Translations under genes and position numbers: made by a program | Shown: positions 25,767-64,000 of the stretch, piece by piece | Numbering within the stretch: position 1 is the first letter of the stretch | Layout: each line of letters opens with the position of its first letter | Notes under the pieces: generated by a model | Database searches by the model: none | Told to the model about the DNA's origin: nothing | What the model saw: only the letters and a program-made list of their open reading frames with translations | From: Hormiphora californensis | Taxonomy: Eukaryota > Animalia > Ctenophora | Direction of reading: 5' to 3' | DNA: 64,000 nt | Assembly (NCBI GenBank): GCA_020137815.1 | Contig: CM035350.1 | Location: 10,106,001 to 10,170,000, forward strand

Positions 25767-25899
25767 TTAATTTGGGCCACGCGGTATGTGAGGAATTATA
25801 ATGTGAAAGCTTTGTATATCAAACCAGTATAAAAATAATATTAAACACATCACGTCCAAAATATAAATGCACTAATACAAAAATAAACAGCTATTATAA

Positions 25900-25968
25900 C
25901 AGTTGGACCCCGATTTACCGGGATGCTCAGTGGAAGGGTTTTGGCCCCGGTAAATCAGGGTCCGACTG
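25900..25968. mobile_element. ~69-bp mini-MITE (pogo/Tc1-like CAGT termini)
   Basis: 23-bp inverted repeat CAGTTGGACCCCGATTTACCGGG / CCCGGTAAATCAGGGTCCGACTG just 3' of the NAD synthetase stop; TA TSD imperfect. Confidence 0.6.
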
Positions 25969-25988
25969 CAGTATTATAAGGGAAGATG

Positions 25989-32385
<6,397 letters not shown>

Positions 32386-32941
32386 GGCTCCTACAACTGA
32401 GAGGTTGTGTTAATTGTCATTTAGGGGATAAGATTGGGAAGTTTTGGCATTTCTACAGTCAGGTTCAACATTATAGGTCATTTTGGGACAGGGTTTTGAT
32501 GCCTCAGAGGCCATTTAATTGTAACTTAATTGACGTGACAGCTTTGATAACACAGAAATATAAAATTCCTCTTTGACACCACTATTTCAAGCTAAAAGCA
32601 GTCTTCTTGGCCCACAGAAACCTCTTCCACAAAAAGTTTTAGAAAAATTTGCAAAAAGTTGTCGTGAAAATTCGCAAACTCTGAGTTTTTGAGATTCTAA
32701 TTTCTTAATATCATTCGCGCGCGCGGTAAAAACTACAAAATAGCGCGCGGAAACATTGCGCGTCGGAATTTCACCCCAACTCCTGTCTCCAGCGGAGACA
32801 ACCATGCCCGTTGTCTGATGACCTCAGTTGCTTCTAACTATCCATGGCAACTCCCGAACCAGCCCACGGACTCGAACAACATAGAAAAAGGCACATCTAA
32901 AAGTTCTTTAAGTTTATCAAAAAGAAACATAACAAAAGCAA

Positions 32942-42831
<9,890 letters not shown>

Positions 42832-43138
42832 GGCTCATGAACTAATTACACATGTAACTACACACACAACTAGTGGTAATTACACATGTAACAACTGCTG
42901 AACTAGTGGTAATTACACATGGGAGAGTATAACTACTGCTGAACAAGATTAATCAGGGTGTATTGTCGCACGATCTAGTGAGTTATAATCCAATCGTGCA
43001 GTGGAATCAGAGCGCATTTCCAGCTGCTGCAGTTCTCGTTTAGTGCGTGTTTAGCTTGTTCTGTGTGTGTAATAGTGCAGACACAACTGGCAAAAAGAGG
43101 GGGGACAGACAATAAAAGTCTCCCATAACCACGAAGAT

Positions 43139-43259
43139 AGGTTGCTAGGGGGTTGCCAGAGGGTTGCTAGGGGGTTGCTAGAGGGTTGCTAGGGGGTTGC
43201 CAGGGGGTTGCCAGGGGGTTGCCAGGGGGTTGCTAGGGGGTTGCTAGGGGGTTGCTAGG
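43139..43259. repeat. 12-bp minisatellite (GGGGGTTGCYAG) x10
   Basis: Seen directly. Confidence 0.9.
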
Positions 43260-43642
43260 CTGTGTCAAGATCAGAAGATCTCTCTCAATTAGTGTTTGCA
43301 ACAAATCTATTCAAGGTGACACGGTATTCCTATATCAATGTACCCAATAATATGACCGATCACTTCTACTGCAGCAGCCGGATATATCTGGCATTCTAAC
43401 TGTCCATATTATGATTGTAGACCAATTAAATTCTCTGAAAAATATCCAATAGTTGCGTTACAAAACAAGTTTAATTGATTTAGCACAGTTTCCAAATAAT
43501 TACTAACAAAGTGTAGGGGAACTTTTATTTTATGTCGCAAGTGCTTTGTGGTAAGTGGGAGCCGGAATTTGAAATTTCTCTAACTTCCTTCTATCTTCTG
43601 CCCTCTCTCTTTCTCCCTATCTCTCTCTATCTCTCTGTCCCT

Positions 43643-43678
<36 letters not shown>

Positions 43679-43931
43679 TATCACTGTCCACTATTATGAG
43701 GAGCGAACTGCCTTCAAACTTATACCGTTATATAGGACACTTTCACAGCTACTGAGAAAACAAAGCCGCTGAAGGGTAATAACCCAAATTGTGTAGTCTG
43801 GCCTCTAAAAACTCTATCTCTCTAGTCTCCGAGGCACTTTGAAGCTCTTAGGTCATCACCAAGGGAAAGAAAGCTTTTCAATCAAATTTGTTGAGTGACG
43901 GGGAGAGAAACTTTCAGTTCTTTGTCGACAA

Positions 43932-44410
43932 GGAGGGGTCACTCCCTCCACATGAGAGAGAGGGGTCACTCCCTCCACATGAGAGAGAGGGGTCACTCCC
44001 TCCACATGAGAGAGAGGGGTCACTCCCTCCACATGAGAGAGAGGGGTCACTCCCTCCACATGAGAGAGAGAGGGGGTGGTCACTCCCTCCACATGAGAGA
44101 GAGAGAGAGGGGTGGTCACTCCCTCCACATGAGAGAGGGGGTGGTCACTCCCTCCACATGAGAGAGAGAGAGGGGGTGGTCACTCCCTCCACATGAGAGA
44201 GGGGGTGGTCACTCCCTCCACATGAGAGAGAGAGAGGGGGGGTCACTCGCCTCCACATGAGAGAGGGGGTGGTCACCTCTCAACATGAGAGAGAGAGAGA
44301 GGAGAGGTATCCTACATGAGAGAGAGGGGTCCTCCCTCGACATGAGAGAGAGGGTCAGGAGGGCACTCCTCCACATGAGAGAGGGGTCCTCCCTCACATG
44401 AGAGAGGGGT
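43932..44410. repeat. ~27-33-bp minisatellite (GGTCACTCCCTCCACATGAGAGAGAGG), ~16 copies, degenerating rightwards
   Basis: Seen directly; explains the SHVEGVTPL and PPHERE ORFs. Confidence 0.9.
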
Positions 44411-44494
44411 GCTGTGGATAACTAGAGAGGGACATTTGAGGGTGTTGCAGCAGCAGTGGAACAGCTGAAGACACAAGAGTGTTCAGCCATCTAC

Positions 44495-44547
<53 letters not shown>

Positions 44548-45741
44548 GAAGAGAGAGAGAGAGAAGAGAGAGAGCGAGATAGAGAGAGAGGATAGCAGGT
44601 CGAGGAGATGGGGACATAGGATAAAACGACTAGAGAGATGAAGCAATGTCGCGTTTTCTTTCTAAGGCAGGATATGCTAAGATAGTAGTGATATCAATTT
44701 CTCTTTCGTAATTAGATTACACAATTTTTCAAGCACTTTATCTCCTGTATCAAACGTAAGTAGAAAAGCAAATTGGGACACTGGCTTCCTACAATATTAA
44801 AGTAGCAGAAAGAGCAGTATATCAGACGAGGGGATAGTAAGTTGATGATGTTCGATAGAGAAGAGACATGTCTAGTGGGCAATCCTTACAATGAAGAATC
44901 CGAGTTCTAAACATGGCTGCCCCATTTTTGTTTAAAATCTTAGGAGCGAATTTGAATATTAATTCTTATGAATCATGGTGTCAAAAGTTTATAGAAAGGA
45001 TTGTGGTGTTAGAAAAGGGTTAGTTTTACCATTTAGAATCTTGATAATTCCTTAATTCAAATGATGCATAGAGGTGGAGTTGTGGTTCCTCCTCTTTCCC
45101 ACCGATTGGTAAAGGAAAAATGGAAAATTAAGCCCCTCAAAAAACCTTTTTTTGGGGGTCGGGTTTTTTATTTTAATTTTTCCTTTAAAAAATTTTTTTT
45201 TTTAAAAATTTGTTTTTTCCCCCCTTTTCCTTTTTTAAAATCCCTTTTGCTCCCACCCCTTTTGGAAAAACCTTAGCGTATTGCGTATAAAATCGAAAAC
45301 CTCAAACCCGACCCTGCTCTCTCTCTCCTAGTTTTAGTAACAATCTCTCCCTCCTACCTCAAAACTTGTCGGCCAATCACCGGCCATTATTGAGGTCATG
45401 TGACCTGGCGGATTCAGTATCTAAATTCAGTGCTGGGTCTTGCAGAAGAGGGAGAGGAGACGCAGAGCATGGAGAGCGAGAGAGAGAATAGAGCGAGAAA
45501 GGAGAGAGAAGCAGAGGCACGGATTGAGGAGACCGCGAGCGAGAGGGGATTGAGAGCGAGTAGGGAGTGGGGACGGAGAGATGAGCAGAGCAGAGAGAAG
45601 AGTAGAGGGAAGAGGGAGAGTGAGTGGAGAGTGGAGCAGAGAGTGTCCGAGAAGGTAGAGTGAGGAGAGAGATGATGGGGTGAGAGACGAGAGAGAGAGA
45701 GGTGGAGAGGAGAGAGAGAAGATTGAGAGAGAGGGAGAGAG

Positions 45742-45781
<40 letters not shown>

Positions 45782-45794
45782 GAGAGAGAGCGAA

Positions 45795-45829
<35 letters not shown>

Positions 45830-46005
45830 TATGTGCTATAAGTTGCTACTAAGCGATATAATTTCTCGCGACTGAATCTTGTTGCATAATTCGTCCTATA
45901 TAGTTTGCTACCGGTTCATTCGTACGACCCCACTGTATGCCTTCCTAGGCCCTATGCCGACACCTCACGTTGAGTGTATATCTGTGTCATGTGAATATAT
46001 ATTAA

Positions 46006-46079
46006 ACAAGTAAACAACCAATCAGAGCTCTCTATTTAGGTCACGTGACTGGTTATCAGCCAATCAGGGACCAGTATTG
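46006..46079 (-). mobile_element. Short retroposon (SINE or LINE 3' end) copy with a 30-bp TSD
   Basis: Core CTGGTCCCTGATTGGCTGATAACCAGTCACGTGACCTAAATA..CTGATTGGTTG, flanked by the direct repeat GTATATCTGTGTCATGTGAATATATATTAA (45976-46005, 46080-46109). Confidence 0.75.
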
Positions 46080-46429
46080 GTATATCTGTGTCATGTGAAT
46101 ATATATTAATTCTGTTAGCGCCCTTTTCCCACACTTCTACTGACACCTGATATACTTCTGTTTTACAGCGACATGTATATCCTTCTACCCAATATGTAAT
46201 ACCACTTGAGTTGCCCCTTCTTCGTACTTCATTCCTCCTACCATCATGATAACCCTTCTTTGCCTGCTGTGGGGAACCACCTTCGCCGTCAATAAGGGAC
46301 ATCCCAAGAAAAGTAGGTCCTTTTTTGTATAATACTTAGCGAATCTGAAGGTCCCATGAGTTTTTGATTTTAATTTGAATCAAAGTTTGATTCCAGATGT
46401 AATAGTGTACCCCCTAGTGTACCCTCAAT

Positions 46430-46946
46430 TGAATCTCCCCGACCCCTCCCTCTCGTTGAGTAAACCCCCCCCCTCCCCCAGATGAGTTGACCCCCTCCCT
46501 CTCATTGAGTAAACCCCCCCCCCTCCCCCAGATGAGTTGACCCCTCCCTCTCATTGAGTAAACCCCCCCCCCCTCCCCCAGATGAGTTGAGATATAATAG
46601 TGTACCTCCCCCCCCCCCTCCCCCAGATGAGTTGACGGCGTGGCAGAGAGAACTCCTCCCTCTCGTAGAGTAAACCCCCCCTCCCCAGATGAGTTGATAT
46701 TCCCCGACCCCCCTCTCTCATTGAGTAACACACATCCCCTCCCCCAGATGAGTAAACAACCCCCCCCCCCTCCCCCAGATGAGTTGACGGCGTGGCAGAG
46801 AGAACCCCTCCCTCTCGTTGAGTAACACCTCCCCCCCTCCCCCAGATGAGTTCAGATATAATAGTTTACCCTCCCCCAGATGAGTCCAGATATAATAGTG
46901 TACCCCCCCCCCCTCCCCCAGATGAGTTGACAGCGTGGCAGAGAGA
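46430..46946 (+). repeat. Complex repeat built on (C)nTCCCCCAG|ATGAGTTGA, ~9 acceptor-like copies
   Basis: Mosaic duplications of the acceptor and first bases of the putative exon starting at 46922. Confidence 0.8.
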
Positions 46947-47152
46947 AGCAACCAGCTGTAGTGTAGTGAGGATCAGACATGAGGCACAGATCCTGCAGGT
47001 GTTTGGAGCACTTTGTCACAGAGAACTACTGCTTGGAGCACGTGGCCTACCATGAGCTGCAGAGAATGCCACGATGTAGGAAACTGAGGGCCTGCTATCC
47101 AACCGATACGAGGTGTAACTGCCTCCGATCTTTCTGTTCTATCAGGTACTGA
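46922..47152 (+). CDS. Putative exon of a small Cys-rich protein (needs one frameshift near 46970)
   Basis: Acceptor CCCCAG|AT; reads DELTAWQREATSCSVV, then after a shift MRHRSCRCLEHFVTENYCLEHVAYHELQRMPRCRKLRACYPTDTRCNCLRSFCSIRY*. No family recognised. Confidence 0.35.
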
Positions 47153-48442
47153 TGTTCATTCTCTGTCAGGCCAAATTGGCCGCCAATGCTCTGACCACAG
47201 TTCTCGGGAATAGGGAAGGCCAATGATATGACAGATCATTTTAGGAGGGGGGGGGGGTAATAGACACATGATCACGTTGCTCGAGTTGCTGATAGTCTAG
47301 AAACATTGTGACCACCTTCGTCTGCAGTTAGTTGACCCACAATTATATTTCAGGGGTCGATGCGAGGTACTGTGGAAGACGACCAAATCCATGTCCTACG
47401 TGGATCACATTCTAAGCTGGGCAGAAAAGTGTGGCCTGAACGGTTCAGATCCTGACAACCCTGTTTGTAACTCTTCAGAGGGATGAGAAATAGAGATGTG
47501 ACCATATATGGAGATGTGACCATATATGGTGTGTTTCAGTTTAATAAACTACTGTCAGGGGAGGGGACAATTAGGGGAAGAGGCGAGTGGAACAAGCCGG
47601 TAATGCCGGTAATGGGACAATGACATGTTACCTCAAGAGCGAGATGAGATGAAGAGGGATTCAATCGTGTTTTTACTTAGTGATTCATTTATCAGTGATA
47701 TCATACAGAACGAATCAGTATTACATTATTGCCATGTGATGGAGCATTTGATTCCATCCTTTAGAACAACACAACCCCTTCAAATTAGCATTAACTTATT
47801 AGTAGAGCTAAAAACCTGAACACATGACATGACTCTCACTGCACATAACATAACTCTCAAGACTCTTACGACTCACATGCTCATACCGATATATTATGAG
47901 TATATATATGAGCCATATAATAGGTGCAGCTGTTATAGCCTCACACATACTTTAAAATATATTGCCCTGTCTTTGAACATTCTTACAAATTGATGTTGTT
48001 TATTCTTGTATCTTCCCACGCCAACTTGATGGGGGGGGGGACATTGCCGCATTGTACTGCCCAACTGGAGGACAGTAGCTGTCTCGATTTGACAACTGCA
48101 GCTGGTGGTGTGTCCGAGTGGTGGTTTGAATTTAGAATTAATTAAACTGTTACCTGGTGGGATAGTGCTGGTTTCCAAGCTGTAGGTAACCATGGAAACC
48201 ACGTCATTCGTCCCTCGTGTGTGGTTGCCATGTCGACACCCCATTAAAACACTGTTCCATCTTGTGATGTACATGAGGACAGAGGACTACATGCTATAAT
48301 ATGAGGGGGAGGGGGTGAAATGAGGGAGTGGTAATGGGTGGTAATAGCAATTGGGGTCTTGAGGAAGGGAACGCAGTAAAACACGTCATATAACTGAGTC
48401 CAATGTGTATCGAAACAGAAAGGGTACACTGTACAAAATTCA

Positions 48443-48668
48443 AAACATACACCACGCTACCATAGCAACCAAACATACACCACGCTACCATATCAACCAA
48501 CCATACACCACGCTACCATGACAACCAAACATACACCACGCTACCATAGCAACCAAACATACACCACGCTACCATAGCAACCAAACATACACCACGCTCC
48601 CATAGCAACCAAACATACACCACGCTACCATAGCAACCAAACATACACCACGCTCCCATAGCAACCAA
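48443..48668. repeat. 28-bp minisatellite x8 (CTACCATAGCAACCAAACATACACCACG)
   Basis: Seen directly, downstream of the epsinR stop. Confidence 0.93.
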
Positions 48669-49112
48669 CTACACATCCGGGACACATCCCTGCCGTAATA
48701 ACAAGAACTGCAAAAATACTGCTACCAATTTCACCATGTTATCATTTCCAATAATTGGATTTCTCTGCCTCCGATCACGGATTATTTTTCAAAAAAAGGT
48801 TTACACATTCTGAACTTTTTGAAATTGTCTGTCACTGCTTCTTGTCAGGAATTATGTCAGGATATAATGACCGGTAATTAACAAGGGATTAATATAATGT
48901 ACCCCTTTTAACGGCTAACACACCGTGTTAAATCAAGGCACAGTTCGGGAGTAATATTGCTTTTTACACGGTTCACATCTCTCAAAATCAATCATATTCA
49001 TCATTAAAATTGTAGAGCCCAGATAACACATTATATCAGGTATATAGCACAACACACAGACAGACACGAACAGACACATAATAACTATAATATCTCTCTC
49101 ACCCAGATGACT

Positions 49113-49190
49113 CTTTTAACTCAGGAAATACTGGTCCCTGATTGGCTGATAGCCAGTCACGTGACCTAAATAACGAGTTCTGATTGGTTG
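49113..49190 (+). mobile_element. Second copy of the short retroposon, with a 14-bp TSD
   Basis: Same core as 46006-46079 in the opposite orientation; direct repeat TCACCCAGATGACT at 49099-49112 and 49191-49204. Confidence 0.75.
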
Positions 49191-49453
49191 TCACCCAGAT
49201 GACTACTCAGAGCTAGTAAAAGAAACTGATCTCGGCAGACTCTCTAAATTAGACACGGTGTAATAATATAACAATAGCACCCAGAAATACGATTTTTGGG
49301 CTTTAGTAAAAACTTAGATCAATCAAAAATGAGGGGGAAGGGGATAACCTAGCGCTCTACCAGAAGGTCGGAATGGCACTGTTAGGAACTGGACTGTGTA
49401 CCAGCACAGGGTAGCTCCAGACAGCACACATCCCATATCTGGACCTAACTGTA

Positions 49454-60412
<10,959 letters not shown>

Positions 60413-61200
60413 CCTCTCTCTCTCTCTGGTAGGGGAGGTCTCTCGCTCTCTCTGCTCCGAACTCTACTGTTGCTGTTCGATGTTTGACAGACTTCCTAAA
60501 GTACAGGATAATTGGTACCGCTTAACAAAGGCTACATTACAACACGCGATGTTATATGTAATCATGTATGGTAATGATACTATTTATATGCATGGCAACA
60601 GTATACTGACTAAGGCTCGGGCCGTAAAAATTACCACCCACCTGATTTTCTTTTAGAAAACCGGGCAAAATAATACGGGAATAAAAATAAAGCTAATCAC
60701 AGAACTTATTACATAGTCAGTCAAATAAATATACCGATTTCTCTAAATAATAATTCGCCCAATATATGCATTTAAGAGCAGATCAACTCATATGACTCGT
60801 GGCCTGGGTCACATGTGCGTGCTGGAAGTGACATAAACATTCGTAAACATTCGTAAAAAGGCTTTCAAATGTCAGCGGTTCCTGATACACCTTGGAAGTA
60901 CTTGTGATCTATTTTGTAAACCACCCGTCACGATAACAAACGAGAGCGTTAAAGAGAGGAAAGTATACTAGTTTGCAGTTGAGAGCCCTTGTGTACGTGA
61001 GGTACACCGCAGCTCTTAATTGCAAACTAACTTCTTACACCACGGACGGTGCGGTGTGCCACCAGCCCAATTGGACCGGTACAACATTGAGGAACGTAGA
61101 AACTTGGCATACGGGGGGCTGAATCGCATTCCAAAGTAGAAACTTGAGTTGGCAAACCGTTTGCCGTAAACGCTGCTGGCCCCCAGCGCGGGATGAGGCA

Positions 61201-61483
61201 GGAAAACGTTAAAATCTGGGTGCCTTCCATTGCTAACAATTCATCGATTTTGGCGGTCGAGATGGGTTAGGGCTGTTGTTAGGGTCTGGTTAGGGTTTTG
61301 TTTGGGGTTATCGGTTAGGGCTATCGATTCTCTATCAGATACCGTTTAGTTTACTCAAATCGGCCATGTGGTTGCGTGGCTATAGCCGTTTGAAAAAAGT
61401 CGGTCTAGGAAATAAAAGTGTACTCTTTTTGGTAGCGCGCACCTGTAAACACTCTGCAAGGCACCCAGATTTTAATCGCGCCC
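61201..61483. mobile_element. Second MULE-like MITE with internal degenerate TTAGGG units
   Basis: 9-bp TSD GATGAGGCA (61192-61200, 61484-61492), GG...CC ends, 18-bp inverted repeat TTAAAATCTGGGTGCCTT (61209-61226 / 61458-61475), GTTAGGG units at 61264-61320. Confidence 0.75.
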
Positions 61484-61868
61484 GATGAGGCAGGATTCAA
61501 AAACTTAAGCAGTTTCGCGCGATTTTTGGCGTCTCGGGAGAGTTCAAAAACGTGAACTCAACTCAAAATATTAAAATTTTGCGCGTCTTTCGTACGCGCA
61601 AATCTATTTTCTACGCCGCGCCAACGCCGCGCGCCTGAAAATCGAATAATTGACCTTAAAATGTCGCGTTGGATGATCACCAAAGAGACAGGCGCGCCCG
61701 ACTGCGCGCTATTGATTGGAAAATGAGTTGCTTCCCTTGCAGAGCATGTGATTTGCACCATGCTACCTTCTATCTGTGTTTCGGAATGCTTCAATATCTG
61801 TTTTGTCGATGCTTGTGGTCCAGAAATATTGACCAATCACCAATGCTACTGAAGATGTTAATGTTGTA

Positions 61869-63282
61869 CCGTAAGTTGGGGTAACTTTGTGCCACTTTTT
61901 AGCATTCTCCTAAAATAACTCCTTGCCAGAATCACACTCGAAAATTTTTGAACCAAATAATCCCGTTCCAGACCTAGTACACCAGATATAACTAGTGAAA
62001 TTTTTGGTCCCCACTCATTTAATTACATTAATTAACGTGTATTTTAGTGTAAGTGGGGTTTTAGGGCATGGGGTAACTTTGGAATGAGGGTGGGGTAACT
62101 TTGGACACCCGTCCAAAGTTACCCCACGATAGTAATATTGGAACAAACATAAATCCGAACATTTTGCAATGATAAACAAATGAACCTAAAATGTTTAAAT
62201 GGGGTTTAAATGAAACAATAAATTGAAAAAGAACAATAGGGTTAGCCAAACGCCCCATGATTTAAAAAAAATTGTTTATGTCGACTCAACTTTTTTGGGT
62301 GTGAGAAATGATGAAACTACTAGCCACCAAATAAAATTTCAGCTCAATCGACTTGATTTAGAGGTTGCCACATCCGGCCTGAAACCCATCAATTATCAAA
62401 CTTCAATAATTTGGGGTTCCTTATCCACCCTACCCCACCATAGATGGTATTGGCCCTCTAGGCGAGTGTGTCAGTTCTTTTTGCTGAATTGGATAGACAG
62501 GAAGTGGTCTACTTTTGGGTACTGGCTAAATAAAGGAGCTTTGGTACCTGTGCTCATGCATAGATTGTCTACAAGAACTAGAACACTCGCCTAGAGAGCC
62601 AATACCATCTAACAAGCTACAGGATGGATGAGGAACCCCAAATTATTGAAGTTTGATGGGTTTCAGGCCGGATTTCTACGATTTAGCTCCATAAAATAGT
62701 CCAAGTCCTAGTTTTTTCACTAACCTATCGAATAGATGGATGGAAATGGGCGTGGAGTGGGCTGAACCTTGGTTATATGGCCCTAAACAATTCAGCGAGG
62801 GTCTAGGACAACTCTACAGACATCAAAAGTTCAAAACATGTAGTGTGGGGTAACTTTGGCACCCCGTCCAAAGTTACCCCAAAATTCAAAAAACGGTGGG
62901 GTAACATTAGCCACCCCTATTAGTCTCAATTAAAGTAATTGATCGGGTTTGAAAAATGGTGCCCCGAATTATTTGATCGAAACCCTTCCACTCTATGGAG
63001 CAAACTTGATTCGGTCATTAGCCCGGTCAAATCTATGGTACCCATTTTGATTTGAACATTTTTAGCGATTTTGACATCAATTATGTTTGCCCCTAATTAG
63101 GAGCTAATTAGCATAGAATTGAAAAAAATAATTGTACTATTAGTTAGACATTTGTGGGTCAATTACTTGTACACCCAAAAATTATGCAAAATCTGTCGTT
63201 ATCTGTTGGTAATTTTGGACTAAAGCCAAATTTTGAAAGTGTCCAAAGTTACCCTGCAAAACAAAGTTACCCCAGATTACGG
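61869..63282. mobile_element. pogo/Tigger-like non-autonomous element (CCGTAA termini, TA TSD) with nested inverted repeats
   Basis: TA|CCGTAAGTTGGGGTAACTTTG ... CAAAGTTACCCCAGATTACGG|TA; repeated GGGGTAACTTTGG..CCAAAGTTACCCC hairpins at ~62093-62126 and 62847-62880; inner inverted pair at ~62372-62469 / 62584-62673. Confidence 0.85.
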
Positions 63283-63320
63283 TAATATGTAAAGCTGGAT
63301 ATTTATGCGCACTCTGCTCA

Positions 63321-63334
63321 GTAGCTATAGTAAC
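63321..63334 (+). promoter_or_regulatory. RFX X-box (GTAGCTATAGTAAC)
   Basis: Matches GTHNYY-AT-RRNAAC, about 105 bp upstream of the ATG of a ciliary gene. Confidence 0.65.
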
Positions 63335-63438
63335 CGCTGTGTCTCATGTGTGTGTGTGTGCTAGAGAGAATACACTTTGCACCTGCTCACTCCGTTTATC
63401 TCTAAATAGGATATTTTCCCGACGGTGCATATAGCACC

Positions 63439-64000
63439 ATGACTGTCGACCTAGAGCAAGCTCCCTCCACCGCTCCTCTGGGCTTTGGTGCACGGGCCAA
63501 ACGGTTCGAAGTTTCTGGTATCCATCCTGGTAAGAAGTATCCTGGCACATTTGTTCAAGTATGCTATGACAAAAAGTCAATGGGGGAAGAGAACAGACGC
63601 CTAGGACCTGGATCGTACAATATTGCCCTTGGTGCTTTTTCTCAGGATGCGATCAAGATGCGAAGTTCTGGGCCTGGCTGGAAACATGCTCACGAGGCTG
63701 AGAAACAGGCTAAAATGCCCCGTCTTCTGAACAAAGACCAGTTTGAGAAGCAACGAAAGTTGAAGGAAAACCTCGGTCCGGGTACCTATAACAATAAAGA
63801 TATGTGGCAGGAACTCGACTCTCGTCCAAAAAGTATCTACGGTATTTGCTCGACTCTGGAGGAGCGTTTTGGGCCAACCTCCCGAGATCCCCCTAAGAAT
63901 TTCGTAGTGCCAGGCCCTGGTACCTACGGAGAGGAGGGGATCCCGGGAAAGAGTCTGGAGAAAAAGGACAGGGAGAGGACCAGTACAGTGATAATGCGGG
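63439..64000 (+). CDS. LEXM: Lymphocyte expansion molecule / ciliary microtubule-associated protein 2 (C1orf177-like, PGPGxY repeats); continues beyond the window
   Basis: Open frame not listed in the ORF track: MTVDLEQ..GFGARAKRFEVSGIHP..GTF..LGPGSYN...GPGWKHAHEAEKQAKMPRL...LGPGTYNNKD...PKSIYGICST.EERF...PGPGTYGEGGIP. This matches the remembered C1orf177/CIMAP2 layout. Confidence 0.82.
   Translation, partial: MTVDLEQAPSTAPLGFGARAKRFEVSGIHPGKKYPGTFVQVCYDKKSMGEENRRLGPGSYNIALGAFSQDAIKMRSSGPGWKHAHEAEKQAKMPRLLNKDQFEKQRKLKENLGPGTYNNKDMWQELDSRPKSIYGICSTLEERFGPTSRDPPKNFVVPGPGTYGEEGIPGKSLEKKDRERTSTVIMR

Noticed and set aside
45105-45275. Homopolymer-rich stretch with a 71-aa ORF
   Set aside because: Looks like low-quality base calls; adjacent 44200-44640 and 45440-45830 are also noisy.

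Overview
Eukaryotic, intron-rich animal DNA. It is probably a ctenophore; that guess rests on my unverified recollection of the 'PDWLITSHVT' repeat from Pleurobrachia sequences plus the compact gene style. Bases 1-7000 hold a decayed Gypsy LTR retrotransposon, a 5'-truncated CR1/L2-type LINE and an LTR+PBS. Genes reconstructed by hand follow: a small EF-hand + ubiquitin-like-fold gene (+); par-3 (-) with two large candidate alternative N-terminal exons; glutamine-dependent NAD synthetase (-); an ectodomain-less transmembrane tyrosine pseudokinase with a long Tyr-motif tail (-); a tentative Cys-rich gene (+); epsinR/CLINT1 (-); and the 5' part of LEXM/CIMAP2 (+) behind an RFX X-box. Introns and intergenic DNA carry at least six non-autonomous DNA transposons, two of them MULE-like with internal TTAGGG tracts, plus a short retroposon with TSDs and many minisatellites. 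The most striking pattern is that many unrelated intronic tandem arrays are amplified copies of the adjacent splice junction, including about 62 intact copies of one 3' splice site in epsinR. Exon boundaries come from GT/AG and reading frame only, with no transcript evidence. Several stretches look like low-quality consensus.
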